From: Phaeosaccion multiseriatum
Taxonomy: Eukaryota; Protista; Ochrophyta, other classes
Length of the DNA stretch: 64,000 bases
Assembly (NCBI GenBank): GCA_965112735.1
Contig: OZ218957.1
Span: forward strand, 1,178,001 to 1,242,000
Direction: 5' to 3'
The notes beneath the pieces were generated by a model. The model had not been told where the DNA came from. It ran no database searches and was given only the letters and a program-made list of their open reading frames with translations. The translations under genes were made by a program, and so were the position numbers. Numbering within the stretch: the stretch's first letter is position 1; every line of letters starts with the position of its first letter. Below are positions 41,719-54,558 of the stretch, piece by piece.

Positions 41719-43783
41719 TCAGACAACTTTTCCCCATTGGCCTTCACTTTGTGCTTCAGCCTCGCCGTCATCAGCATCCTCTGGTGCAGCAGAGGATGCA
41801 GGTGGAGCCCCCGGAAGGGAGGGGAACAGAGCCTCGTCGGCCATCTGAGGCGGGCTAGCTTTGCCCTTACGCTGCTTCCCAGCCTTGGCTTGGGTGTCAT
41901 CAGAGGCACCACCAGCGCCATTCTCGTCAGGCTGGGCCTTGGAAGCATCCCCAGACTTAACCGCTCCCCGAGGTTGCTCCGAGTACCACGTTTTCTTCGC
42001 CTTGACTTGCTCAATGCTCTTCTCGACGTCCAGCAGGGTAGTTGGTGGGGGCAGTGACAGCATGGAGAAGCTTTCGATGGTGTCCAACGCGTGCACCAGG
42101 CAGCCATTGCCCACTTTCCCCTTTCCCTTCTTCTGCCCCCCTCCCTTCTTGCCGCCCTTCTTCTTCTTGCCACCAGCCCCTCCCAGGTAAAAGCCGTCAT
42201 CGTCTTTCTTTCGCGACAAGATAACCTTCCCGTCTAGTTCTGTTGAGATACTCTCTTGAGCCGCCTTGGAATCTGCCGCCTTGTCCGCGTCAAGAGATGC
42301 TCCTTCCTTATTGTGGTTGAGGAAGTTCGTCTCCAAGTAGCTGACAAGCATGTCACACAGTGCCATCTCCTCTTCGTAGGGGATCTTCTTCATCTCTTCT
42401 TCCTCCAACGCGCGACGCCGTTCCCCATCAGCTGCATTTCGTGCCTCCCATTCTGCTTTCTTAATTGCCCCCTTCAGGCGCCTTTGCTCGCGCAAATAAT
42501 CGTAGAATTTGTCGTTATTCTCCTTGAACTCTTCGCGCATAAACTTCATTTCCGCGTACTTGTCGTTCAACTCTTCCCGCACACTGTGAGGTAGCACAGA
42601 CGTCACACAAGGATGCCATAAGCGTGAAAAATGCACCAGTGATGAAAACGACATTGGAGCCTCTAGCTCTTTGGGGGGAGCCGTGTGTGGTGTAAGCGAG
42701 AGGAGCTAAGGGGGGGGTGAGCGAGAGGAAGCAAGCACAAAACGCTGAGAGAGCAGGACATATCTTCTCGTGTGAAATCGAACAGGGGCGTTGGAGAGTG
42801 AAAGGGACCCGTGCGCTCGGGAGAGAAAACAACATATACGTATCTCACCGGTTTCTCTCCTCGATCATGTCGCCAATCGGATTTCCCTGCGCCTCCCGTT
42901 TTTGGTTCAGTTCATCCAAAACGGCGTGTTGTGCAGTCATCTTTTCGGTCACGGCTCGGAGTTCTGCCCGCTTTTCATTCTCGCTCTTCCTGATAGAGTC
43001 GTGCTCTTCTACAATTCCCTTGATCTCTCCCTACAAGACGCGCAACGTAATTGAGACGGGGAACGATAGGTGATGACAAGGGCGGGAATGGTAAGGAATC
43101 CAGCGCAAGCTCGATAGACTGGCCCGCACACTCGCTACCGCACTCACCTCTTTGCCCGCAAACCGTGCCACGAGCTTCTTGGATTGTTTTAGTGCCTCCA
43201 ACTCCTTGATGAGCTTCTTCTCCTCAGGCAGGGACATGGACTGCGTCTGCTGCTTCCTCTCCAGCGCCGCAACTGCCTTGTCGATTTCGCCAGTCGTGGT
43301 GAACTTCAGTTCGGACATTAGCTCCTTCTTCCCCTTGTTCAACTTCTCCATCCTGTCCTTCACGGCGGCGCGGTCGGCTGATACGCGATTCAAGTCTGCG
43401 CGAATAGCGTCTCGCTCTGCGCGCAAAGTCTTCATTGCATCTCGTGCCTCTTGTAGGCCATCCTGCTGCCCTCCTCGAGACTGGCTCGCAGCGTCGATCC
43501 TCTGCTTCAGTGCCTCACTCTTCTCCTTCAGCTGCTGCATCTCCTCGCTGATCGCATTCACCTTGTCGTTCTGCTCCTTCTCATCCGGCTTTGGGACCTT
43601 CTCCAATTTTCTTAGCGCAAGGGTCGCTTCCTCGACACTCATCACTGGCGCCTTTTCAGCGGCTGGGGCCGTTGGCGGCACCGCCGTGCTAGCATCTTGG
43701 GAAGCTTGACGGGGGGGGGAAGCGTCTGCAGGGACAACAGGAGAGGAGACCAGGTCTGCCACTTCGTCATTCATGATAGCCAC
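41719..43783 (-). CDS. Bfr1/proton-pump-interactor-like coiled-coil protein (3 exons: 43783-43148, 43030-42849, 42583-41719)
   Basis: GT-AG introns keep the frame; long coiled coil; PYEEEMALCDMLVSYL and LVHALDTIESFSMLSLPPP segments resemble Bfr1-like proteins. Confidence 0.68.
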
Positions 43784-43982
43784 TCCCGTTTCTCTCTCTC
43801 TCTTGGTCTCTTGTCTCTCTTACGAATCCCTTGCTCTCTCTTAGCCTCTCTCTCTCTCTCTCTCGAATCAAAACCTTTTGAGTGGAGAGGGGCCACGCGG
43901 CGATAGCGCGGAACAGATGGCAGCCGATGGCCCCATATCCCCTTTTGCCTTTGTTTACTTTTAGAAACAATGCGTTTCAGGA

Positions 43983-44817
43983 ATGCCTCAGCAGCAAGGC
44001 TCCTGCTCTCGCTTGCTGTCTCGTGAGGCCCGTCATGTCATTGACACTTTGTTTGCTGCCAATCTGGAGCATGTCCCGGCAGACTGTCCCTTGATCACCG
44101 ATATTTACGCCAAGCAGGTGTGTCAATATAGGAAGGACGGTCCAAGCCTTCCCTCCCCCCCCTTTCCTGACCGAAAGCGTTCTGCTGCGTTTAGGAGGCG
44201 AGCAAGACAGCCGTTCGCCAGCATGTGTGGAGCTGTGGGTTTTGTGGAAAGAAGTTTACGTCCGAAGAGTACATCGACAGGCACATGAACAACAAGCACC
44301 AAGAGGAGCTCCTTGGGGACTCGCACTGCGCGGCTAATTTGTGTGACGTTTTCGGGGGGTGTGAGAGTCATCAAGTGTCCTGCAGTGCGGAGCGCGGCTT
44401 CGACTCAGGACTGCAATCGAGGCGACACATGTGTAGTTCTCTTCTGCACAGGTATGGATATTCATGTGTGGTACTTGTCGAGCGCGACGCCCTGAGCCTG
44501 CTTGCTTTCTCACTGCCGTGGCGGTACCCTCTAGGTGCTTCTCACCCCGCGGAGGTGAGGCCATGGCGCAAGTCCATGACACATTAATGGTCAGTATTTG
44601 CGACAACATTGAGTGCAGCGAGCGAGGTCAGCTGTACGTGGCGAGGGATGCAGCGAGCAGCGTCAGGACGAGGACACGAGTCGGCCGGCCGCTTCTCTGG
44701 CTCTTGACCGGAGTGGCATTGCTAATCTTTTACGGGGTTCTCAGCTGTATGCGGGGCGACAGTGGAAGGCGCAAAGACCTTCGAAGGTTCAGACCCAAGG
44801 GCAGGAAACAAGCTTGA
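43983..44817 (+). CDS. Cys-rich C2H2 zinc-finger membrane protein (introns ~44118-44194 and ~44452-44534; start uncertain)
   Basis: WSCGFCGKKFTSEEYIDRHMNNKH; further Cys pairs; C-terminal TM helix plus basic tail. Confidence 0.68.
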
Positions 44818-45298
44818 AGGCATTTTTGCGCCAGTCGGGAGATGCTCTGCTTGATTGGGGGGCTGGCCTCATTCATCCCGGCGGCGCTTGGAAGGGCGCC
44901 TTTCTCCGAGCTTCGTTTTCTTTGAACTTGACAATTGCGAGAGCAAAGCCATGGAGACTCGGGCTGAGCAGTCTCCCTTGCGTGAGCTGAGCATTGGGAG
45001 AATGTGAGTCGGGCATTCGCGGGCCAACGAAAACGACATTGAGCCGAGTACTTGAGCGGCGTCAAAAGGCTGAACATCAGCGTTTTTTGGCAAAGAGGCT
45101 TTGACTGGGCCATTTGCAGAGGGCTGTGACGCGGTGGTGACCCCCCTGCCGGCCTGCAGAGGGGTGACGTCAGTGTTTGAGTTGCTGCTGGGTGCCTTTC
45201 GTCGAGCATTTGCGGGTCACAGGGCCCGAGACATTCAGCAGCAGCTGCTGCAATGAAAGGGGCACAAGCTTGTCCATTTCTTGAGATTAGATCGCAAC

Positions 45299-47458
45299 CT
45301 ACTGAGCTCGGAGAACGCAAAAGACAAGCATTCTCCACATCTTGGTGATGAAAGTTTCAGCGTCTTCTTCCAGCACCAGTTTCAATTCCTCCAAAATTGC
45401 TTCAGCTCTACTGCGCTGTCCTAGCTTGGTCATGATGAACTCAATTAGAGTCTTCTCCTCCTCCCCGAGGTACTCTACCACTTTCTTCATAATCCAGGGT
45501 CGAATCTTGCCCTCCAGCAAGTTCTTGCTCTCCACAACCTCCCAGTTTATCGGATATGCAAACAGCTCCTCCTTGGTTTTTGGTATGCTGTCCACCAGAG
45601 CCTTTTCCCTCTCCTTCTTGGGGTCGACTTGCGGGGTGGCTCTCTGCTGCTGCTGCTGTTGCGCTACTCGTGCTCGCATCCTCTCTCTCTCTTCAAGTGA
45701 CGCCACGGCCATTTTCTCCTCTTCAGAATAGTCAATGGGAACCACAGGCTTTGATCGGGTCGCTTCGGAATCCTCTTCCACATCGAAGGCGCTGCGTACG
45801 TGTCCTTTCTGATTCACACCTGCTTTTGACGTCTTGGATGAGAGACTCAGCCCAATGGAGCGCTTGGCGCCAGACGGGGCGCTTTCCGCCCGCAACGACT
45901 GAAACCCTGGTCGAGCCGCCTCTCTCTCCTGCCCAACCTGCTTCCCATTGTGCACTTGCTGCGGCTGCTCCTGCTGCTGCTCCTTTTGCCGAGAAGGGGC
46001 CTGGGCCGAGGACAACGAGACGTCCATCGGTGACTGTCTGGTCTGGTCTGGGCCAGCCTCGCCCACAAGCGGCTCGATATCGACACCAAATGAAGCCGCC
46101 ACCATCAGACGCCTTCGCCGCGCCTGCTCTTCTTCCGCCTTGTCACGCGCTGCTCTTATCAGTTGCTGCTGCGCCTCTTCTTGTGAGTTCCGCTCATTGT
46201 CACGCTCGTTGTCACCTTTCCGCCATGAGCCCCCAGCATCCCTGTCCTTACTGCGTCCCCTACGGTGTCTCCGGTCCCTACTGTTGGCTTTGCCATCCTG
46301 GAAGTCATCCCCACGTCGCCGCCTCTCCCGGCTCCCACTCGTACTCCTGCTTCGACTTCGCCGCTCACTGCGCCTATCCCGACCTCTTTCCCTACTTCTA
46401 CTTCTGCTTCTGCTCCGCGAGGCTCTCCTCCTCGTTGGCCTCTCACTGGAGGAGCCCCGCTGAACTTGGGGGGACGGTTTCACGGATAGTCCATCACGGT
46501 CCCCCTCCTCGCCCGGATTTGTCGGCGCCCCTACCACCTCTGCTTGGACCGAGGCCAAGCTTGAAGAAGCCACTGCTCGAGCTTCTTGCTCCGCCTTCAG
46601 CTTTGCCGCCATCTGCTGCGTTTTTAAGGAGAGATCTCTTCGTCTCTGCTCCCTCTCCTTCGTTTTCCTCTCCTCCTGACTCTGCCTGAAGCGTTGAACT
46701 TCTCGTGTTATGAGTGCCTCCTTGTCAACCTCTCCGTCCTCGTCGTAGGAGGCCGTCTCCGGTTTGGGGTCGGACAGGGAGTTTGGCTGCTTCACCTTGG
46801 CTTCATCGCCCTTAGTACCGCCGCCTGCGCTGGAAGAAGATCTGCCCAGGACATTGTCCAGCTGCTGGCGGGCGGCTTTCTCCTTTTCTTCCCATGACGT
46901 ACGCTGGGAGGCATCCATCTTCTCCTTGTCCACAAAAGGCTCTATCGCAGCTTGCTCCTTCTTCCCCACCTTTACTGTGATCGCCTGACCCGACATCTCC
47001 AGCCCATTTAGCAGGGTCACCGCCAGAGCAGCAGCATCCGCAGTGCGGAAGGATCCTATCCCAAAGGACTTGAACTGGTTGGTGGCCGGGTCGCGAGGTC
47101 GATTCCACTTCTCCAGCCGTCCACAGCACGCCAGTACTCCGATCAGCAGCTGTTCGCTAATTTCTGTCGCCACCTTGCTCACCGCCACATTAAAAACCTT
47201 TGGTTGATTGAAGGCCTGCTGCTGCTGCTGCTGCTGCTGCTGGTGGTGGTGCTGCTGCTGCTGCTGTTGGTGATGGTACTGTTGGTGGTGCTGCTGATGG
47301 TGCTGCTGCTGGTGAAGAGGGGGGAAGGGCCGCCCGGCTCCGCCCCCTCCCCGACCTCTCTGAGCATTGAATCCCCCTCTCCCAGGTTGAAAGCCTGTCT
47401 GGTGAGGGGGGCCTCCTCTCCCGGGTTGAAAGGCTGTGCGGTGAGGGGGGTGCTGCAT
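45299..47458 (-). CDS. RBM25: RBM25/Snu71-like splicing factor (RRM, RS/RE region, PWI domain)
   Basis: N-terminal poly-Q; RRM (WNRPRDPATNQFKSFG); C-terminal IPKTKEELFAYPINW...IRPWIMKKVVEYLGEEE...KMWRMLVF. Confidence 0.88.
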   Translation of the reverse strand: MQHPPHRTAFQPGRGGPPHQTGFQPGRGGFNAQRGRGGGGAGRPFPPLHQQQHHQQHHQQYHHQQQQQQHHHQQQQQQQQQAFNQPKVFNVAVSKVATEISEQLLIGVLACCGRLEKWNRPRDPATNQFKSFGIGSFRTADAAALAVTLLNGLEMSGQAITVKVGKKEQAAIEPFVDKEKMDASQRTSWEEKEKAARQQLDNVLGRSSSSAGGGTKGDEAKVKQPNSLSDPKPETASYDEDGEVDKEALITREVQRFRQSQEERKTKEREQRRRDLSLKTQQMAAKLKAEQEARAVASSSLASVQAEVVGAPTNPGEEGDRDGLSVKPSPQVQRGSSSERPTRRRASRSRSRSRSRERGRDRRSERRSRSRSTSGSRERRRRGDDFQDGKANSRDRRHRRGRSKDRDAGGSWRKGDNERDNERNSQEEAQQQLIRAARDKAEEEQARRRRLMVAASFGVDIEPLVGEAGPDQTRQSPMDVSLSSAQAPSRQKEQQQEQPQQVHNGKQVGQEREAARPGFQSLRAESAPSGAKRSIGLSLSSKTSKAGVNQKGHVRSAFDVEEDSEATRSKPVVPIDYSEEEKMAVASLEERERMRARVAQQQQQQRATPQVDPKKEREKALVDSIPKTKEELFAYPINWEVVESKNLLEGKIRPWIMKKVVEYLGEEEKTLIEFIMTKLGQRSRAEAILEELKLVLEEDAETFITKMWRMLVFCVLRAQ

Positions 47459-47725
47459 CGGTAGTGTAGCACCTCCCCTTCGAAAATAAAGTTAACCCAG
47501 ACGCACAAAAAGCCGCTGCTGCCTAGCTACTCCTATCCTGAAGCTCCCCACCAAGGTCAGGGATTACTGTGTCTTACGTTGGCGAATGTGCTGTATATAA
47601 TAAGGAAAGGTGTGAACGAACAAAGGGGGATGGGGGGCGGGGGCTAATGAATTGGAATGGCACGGCGGCTCCCAGGGGGGCTGGCTTGTGCGTGAAACTC
47701 AGTGTTTTCGAGCGGGAGAAGAGAG

Positions 47726-48569
47726 ATGTTGGGAAGCCTTTGCAGAAGCACCCGTGCGGTGAAAAGCGCTGCGGCATGGGGGCGAGCCTTCTCAGCAGGT
47801 AGATGGTAGGCGAGAAGAAAGAAGGAGGAGAAGGCGGGGTGTTGTTCTCTGGCCTTGCCCCTCATCCCTTTTGTGCGTCTTCTGCTAAAAGCTGCTGCTG
47901 CCTCGCTGCTCTCTTCCCCTCCATTGCCCCCTGCGTCACTCTCTCCCCATTGCAGAGGCCCATGCACCCCCGGTGGCCCTCTTTGGCATCCCAGCCCGGT
48001 ACGCCAACGCGACTTTCACCGCCGCCTCGAAGGTGAACAAGCTAGATGCCGTGGAGGTGGACTTGCATTCGTTTGGTGAGGTTCTGAGGCGGAATCCCGA
48101 GATGGCTGCCCATCTGGGTAACCCCACGCTTCAACGAAGCGACAAGATGGCCATTGTGGAGAAGATTTTTGATGGCAAGAAGACGACAGACATTTCTCGA
48201 AACCTGTTCATGACGATGGCGGCCAATGCGCGTCTGGGAGATGCTGGCAAGGTCATTGATGCCTTTTCTACCCTGGTGAAGGAAAAGCGCGGAGTTGTGG
48301 ATGTCACGATTGAGGCCAGAGATGCCCTGACCGCTCAGCAGGATAAGGCGCTCAAGAAGGCACTGGCGAAGCATGTTGGTGAGGACAAGAAGCTGAATAT
48401 TACCTTCAAGTCCTCACCTGCAGTTGTGGCTGGCATGATGGTTTACATTGGAGACCGCACTTTGGACCTCTCTGCCAAGACTAGCGGAAGCACGCTGCTG
48501 CAACACGCCAGTACTGTTGAAATTGAGAGCGTAGCGGACAGCCACGTACAAAGTGTGTACAGTGCATAG
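47726..48569 (+). CDS. ATP5O: Mitochondrial ATP synthase OSCP subunit (exon 1 47726-47798, exon 2 from 47956)
   Basis: Exon 1 MLGSLCRSTRAVKSAAAWGRAFSA is presequence-like; PPVALFGIPARYANA, NARL and AGMMVYIGDRTLDLS motifs. Confidence 0.92.
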
Positions 48570-48854
48570 GTGCCCTACTTACACCCTCTCCCACTCTCTC
48601 TCTGTCTCTCTTTTTATCTCTATAATATACATGGAATATAGCCTTTTGTGATTGCGCACACTCCGAAAGTTGAGAGGACCGTTTATGCATGGCAAACCCT
48701 CTTCCCTGCAGGGGTAGGGAGGAGGGGCCTCCCTGCTTTACGACTTCATTCAAAGCCCTCCTGGCGGATTCGAGCGCGGCATAGCCAGCAAGCGCTTCTT
48801 CTCCTTCCTTCATGATGTTTAGAGTGGGGAGGGGGGGCTCCTCTCCCCCCCAAC

Positions 48855-50554
48855 TCACTGCTTTGCGACGATTTCGTCCAAAGCGCTTTTGGTGGAGTCG
48901 AGCGCGGCATCCAGCCACTGCAAGCGCTCAAGAAGAATCCCCTTTGCGCTGTCTCCTTTTCCCTTGAAGTCGAGAGTAAAAGGGGCTTCTTGTTGCTGCA
49001 ACCCATCCACGCTTGGTCCTCTCCTCTTCCCACCCTCCTCTGTCGTGATACCAAGGGTGCCCTGCAGAGACTCGAGTACGTTTGGCGGCGCCTCGTACAC
49101 TCCCTTTGTGCATGACTTTCGGGCCTTCTCCCACGCCTCCCGAGCTACGGAAAGCTGAACACCGGGCACCTTGTCGTGCACCAAGAGCATCATGCCCACG
49201 ACCCTGGCCAGCTGCATTGGAACCAAACAGTCGTACACGTAAAAGTTGTTCATGAACGAGCGCACTGGAATTGGCACCTCGAAAGCCCTTTCTATTTGCC
49301 TCCACGAGCTCAAGAGCTCACCCTCTTCCATAAGCAACAGGCTGAGATATCCCATACAGTCCGCTCGTTCCGGGTCAAAATCAATGCACTTGGCGTAGCT
49401 GTCCTTCGCTTGCTGCGGCAGACCAAGCAAGCGATGCTGCGCATATCCCAGCCAAAAGTACGCTGCCCAGGTCATTTCTGGGTTCCCGCTCTCATCGCTC
49501 CCGTATTCGGCGGCGAAGCGCTCTGTTCGCGTTCGCAAGTACTTCATGGCCACCTCGTAGTGGGTCCGGGACACATCCGCTAGGTGCGAGCGACTGTGCT
49601 CAGAGTTGGAAGCCACCAACGCGGAGGCATGCTGACCCGCAATGAGGTGGTCGATTCCCAGGTAATACTGCACCCGCGCATCCCCCGGATAGTCGATTTC
49701 GTCTAGCTCCAGGAGGGAAATCTCAAACACGTATCGTTCGTACGATGCACTGCCTCCATGTTGATTGGCATGCCACGACGTATTCGTGTCCACTTCCCGC
49801 ACCTCCCACGTCAGCCGCTTGCCCACGTACTCCACCCCGTCTGGCAGAACCAAGGCCTCATGCCAACGATACCTGAACCGCAGGTTCTCTCGATGCAAGA
49901 AGATCCAGTCTATCCAGCGAGTCGTCCTTCCATTGCGATCAAAGATCTTCATTGCAAAAACACTGTGCGCATCATCCAGCTGAGAAAGTTGCCCAGCTAT
50001 AGTATCAGCCACAGGTTGCCAGTCTGGGTCCGCCATGAGCACGTGGGTGGCCTGTGGAAACCGTCGCCACGCTTCTTGCAATGCGATCGTCCTGCCGGGC
50101 CAATCGAAGCAGCAGCAGCAAGGCAAGGCAAGGCAAGGCAAGACGGGTCACAAAACGAGCCGAGACGTCAGTGGCTGGCCCCTGCACTCCTCCCGTACCG
50201 TGAAGGCCCCAGACCGTCGAAGGAGAAGAAGAAAGTGGCGCGCCGATCAGGAGGAATCCCAGGGCCCAGCACGTCGTTGACGACATGCACGCTCCGGTCA
50301 TCCGTCCGGTCGTCTACTCCTACCACATAGTAATCTATAAAGGGAAGCCAAAGCCGCAAATTCGAGCGCAGATTGTGCTCTTCATTCCTCATTATCATGA
50401 GCAAGAGGATTCGCGGGGGCTGAGGCGGGCTCCAACTGCTGCAGCTGCTGCTGTTGGTGCTGCAGCCGCTGCAGCTGCTGCCGCAAATGGCAGACAGCAA
50501 AAGCACCACCAGTAGGAGGATATGGGTCGCAGTTAACGCGACGGGAGAAAGCAT
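48855..50554 (-). CDS. Secretory GT2-like (GT-A) glycosyltransferase with TPR-like region (intron 50198-50092)
   Basis: Signal peptide; MIMRNEEHNL, VDDRTDD, ADPDW (DxD-like) and RYRWHE motifs; TPR-like helices (DARVQYYLG, CIDFDPERAD). Confidence 0.7.
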
Positions 50555-50676
50555 TGGGCCCTTTCATCCTACACACCAAAGCAAGTGGTGGTGGCTTCAC
50601 GGACCGCTTGTGCCGGGGACCCCTTTTTTAATAGCTTACTGTCGGCCGAAACAGCCAATCGACCTTCCCGTGAGCG

Positions 50677-53600
50677 ATGAGCGATGACCCGCAGCAGCAG
50701 GAGCAGCACCAGGCGGATATGCGCGATGCATCGGAGCTGTTTGGTGGCGCGCCACCGTCAGATGGCTTCAACACCTTCCAAAATGGGCCTTCTGCTGCAG
50801 CAGTAGACCTGGACCTTGACGCTCCTCAGAGAGTAGCGCCCCCAGAGGTACCTTCGGATCTCTTCGGCGACGGAGGAGGAGACTTTGGCAAGACGAGCAG
50901 GGGTACTCATGCCACGGGGAACGGAGACTTTCCAGGCCAGGCAGTCGGTGGCAATGGAGACTGGTCGGGTGAGGCTCGGGCTCCCCCATCTGGCCCTCCA
51001 GGCCCTGGCCCACCTTCGTCCAGCAGTGCGGTGGCACAGAGTACTTTGGACTGGGACTCGCCGCCTCCAGTCTCTTGTGTTGATGGAGGTGGCGGTGCAG
51101 ACAGAAGCAGTCTGCAGCACGGGGCAGGACCACAGCCAGCAACCCTACTCGCAGAGAGCGTCGGACCTGTATTTCCTCCTCCGGCAGCTGCTGCTGACAC
51201 GGGAGGACAGGGGTTGTTCGGGAACGACAACTTGCACAGGTAAGAGCCCGCCCAGCCTGCAATTCCTTTTCCTCCCCCCCCCCAGTCCTCCAACGATTGT
51301 TCTTGTGCTGTGTTGTGCTTCGAGGACAGTGGTGGAGTCGCCAACTTGGCCGAGTCGACAGCAGGGGAAGCCGTGAAACCTCTATTTGCGGAGCACCCAC
51401 CAATTCAGGCAGCAGTCGCTGCTGTTGGTGGGCGAACGGGGAACGGGGAGGTGGGAAATGGTAGCGGAGGTGTTGGCTCCCCTCCCTCTCAACCTGGGGG
51501 TAGTGGTGCAAGTGGACAGTTCGCCACTGCGGCTGCCCGGAAATGTCCCCTTCCTGCAAGTGAGCGAGTCTCAATCCACCAGGCGTCCTCGCAGCCGGAT
51601 GCTATCTCCCCCTCCCACTTGTTAGATGGGAGAGCGGCTGTAGGGCCGGGAGGTGCTTCTTCAAGCTTGCCTCTGCCAGGCGGAATTTCTCGGGAAATCT
51701 CTGCGGCTCCTTCCCCGAGATTGTCGGCTGCTGGAAAAGGGGGGGGGAATCCCCCGGCTCCCCCGGCTATTGTTGCCAGAGCAGTCATGGGGCAGCATGG
51801 TCTGCCAATCCCGGGTGGGAACTATGCTGCTGCTGCTGCTGCTGCTGGTCCTGCAGAGCCTTTCGTTGAAGAGAAGGCGCCATCGATTTTCAATCCTGCG
51901 ATACCGCCAGTGTCGTGCGAACAGAACAACGGCGGTGTTTACAATATAGGCGTAGGCTGTGGCGCGGCCGCGGCGAGTATGGCAGGACGTCGGCAGGGCT
52001 GGCGCCCCCCTTGCGCGCTGGCAACGTTCGGCTTTGGAGGGCGTCTCGTCGTCATGCTGCCTCGCAAAAAGGTCAGCTTGACAGGGCCCCAGGAACGAGG
52101 GCTCCCAGCAGCAGCAGCAGCAGCAGCAGTGCCACCGGGACAAGACAATTTGAGGAGAAAAGGTCCGTTGCAAATTTGGGCGCTTAAGGACTTGGTCAAC
52201 CCGGATGACTTCGTGAGGGATGCCAGCACTTTTCCGGGACCAGTTTCGAGTTTCAAGGAGCGCGAGCTCGTCGCATACTTGCAGAGGCAGGCGTCACATG
52301 AGGGAAACCTGCAGGAGGAGGAGAGACTTCTGTGGTCAGTGGTGAAAATACTTGTGCGTTTCAAGGGAAATCTGGTGTGTGAAAACGGTCACGGTGTGTC
52401 TGTGCCCGATTCTCCCGAGTCTCTGATTGTCAAGGCTCTGAAGGAGAGCCACGCGCGCCATGAGCATGCGAGACTTGATGGAGAGAGTAAGGAGAGGAGA
52501 GGACATGGTGGGGGGCCTTCCACCAAGGATGCGTCTGGGCTGGCGCTGATTGAATCTCTGCTGGTCGATGGGAGAAGAGAAGAAGCGGCGCGAGCAGCTC
52601 TTCGGGATCACCACTGGGGTTTAGCCTTCCTTCTCACGTGTCCGACATCGTTTTCTTCTTCCGTGGACGAGAAGCTGTATCAGGACGCCGTTTTGACGTA
52701 CGCGAATGAGAGCCTCACTCCCGGGAGCTCTCTGCATTCGATGGCGATGTCCTTTAGCGATCCGGGTTCCACAAATAGCGCTTCTGCAGAAGATTCGAAA
52801 CACGGCGGGGGGAGCTTACACAATTGGAGAATTATAGCTGCATCTATGGTGAGCAATAAACCTCCGAATTGGCAGCAGCAGCTCGTGGAGTTGGGCGATC
52901 GACTAAAGGGCAGTTTGGGGGTTCAGTCTGCCCACACAGTCTACCTCATTGCAGGGCTCAAGATTGAGAGACCGAGCTTGTCAGCGCGCATTGTGCTGCC
53001 TGGCGTTGATCACGCAGTCCTCCAGCACAGGGCCCTGTGCACCCCTCTGGCTTGCGATGCGGTGCACATGTTGGAGGCATTGGACCTGTCCCGCGGGGCT
53101 TACCGTGGCGACTCTATAGTCGCCGGGCATAAGTTGCGATTGGCCATGCTCCTGGCCGATTTGGGCCACCTTGACACGGCGGATGCGTACGTAAAGAGTA
53201 TTCAGCACCAGGTCTCGGGGGGGGCTGCTGCCGCTGCTGCTCCAGCTGCCGTGAAGAGTCCTTACACGGACAAGTTTGTGCATGCCCTGGGCGTGTTTGA
53301 AGACCGCGTGTGTATCAGCCATGGATGCGAACCCTTCAAACGAGATGAGAGCGACTTTAGGTACCGTCAAGGCGAGCACGACGACGCTGGCCTTAGCCTT
53401 CGTAAAAGAGGAGAACCAGCACCAGCAGCAGGAGCAGGAGCAGCAGCAGGTGCAGGAGAAGGAGGAGGAGCAGCAGCAGCAGCAGGGTGGGGTCTGCTAA
53501 ACAAGGTCAAGGACATGGTCGAGAGCGCGGCTCAGCCTAGCCCCATAGCTGCCAACAGTGGAGGGGATGCATCGCTGCCGTTTGGTGCCAACACCAATAC

Positions 53601-54369
53601 GAGCGTCGCCTCGCCTTTGAGTCAGCAAAGTGTGCGAAGAAGCGCCCCTGAGACTGGTGGGCTGCTATCAAACTTTGCCCACACGACAGAGTTTGCATCA
53701 CCTTCGAGCGAGTATCGAGGGAACGGGGACGTAGCGGCAGCAGCTGCCCTTTCTTCCGTAACTCCCACCCCTCCCAAGGGTTTTGACACTCCTCCTCCAG
53801 CGCAGCTGCTTTCTTCGTCAATGCCCAAAGCGCCAACAGCAGCAGCAGCAGCAGCTCCAGCAGAAGCCCCAAAGAGCGATTCGGGTATATCGAAAGAAAG
53901 TGACGACGGGCGGCAGGGGCCCAGCTTCTTCAAGCGCATGCTGTCTCGCGTAATGTACCCCGAAGCGAAGCACGCCGACGTTGGAGAATCCATGGATGCG
54001 TACTACGACGACAAGCTGAAGCGATGGGTATTCCCGTCTGGAGATGGGGAGGACGAGAGCAGTGGAGGCAGTGCACTACCACCGCCTCCTCCAACGCAAA
54101 TGGGACCTCAGACGGGGCCTCAGACGGGGCCTCAGCCGCCGATGCAACAGCTGCAAGGCGGGGGCGCGCCTGCAGCATCGCCGGAAGTAGTCAATGACCC
54201 TCTGGCCGCCCTCATGGCACCTCCGCCCACCTCAGTGCGGAGGGCGAGCTACGCGACGTCGACAGGTTCTCTTTCGGGCCCCCCATCAGGAGGAGGCCCT
54301 CCGTCTGGTGGGCCTCCCTCTGGCGGAGGAATGCCGAAGTATCAGGTCTTCACGCCAAAGGTCGCCTAA
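50677..54369 (+). CDS. SEC16: COPII scaffold Sec16 (one intron starting at 51240)
   Basis: ATFGFGGRLVVM, FPGP, LLVDGRREEA, WGLAFLL, HKLRLAMLLADLG and YYDDKLKRWV. Confidence 0.9.
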
Positions 54370-54558
54370 CTTCACGCCAATGGTCGCCTAACCCCCTGAA
54401 TATGATGCAACTTTATTTACGTTCTGTAAGATGCTTGTCAACATCCGCCGAGTCCACGCAGGCCCGGAAGAGGGGGTTCTGATTTAAATTTCATTTACAA
54501 ATGTCGCCGCCCTACAACCAAAGCGCACTCGGTACGCTGCACGCGAATAGTATTGAAT

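Noticed and set aside
54348-54391. 22-bp tandem duplication over the SEC16 stop codon
   Set aside because: A simple local duplication; the second copy lies after the stop and does not change the protein.
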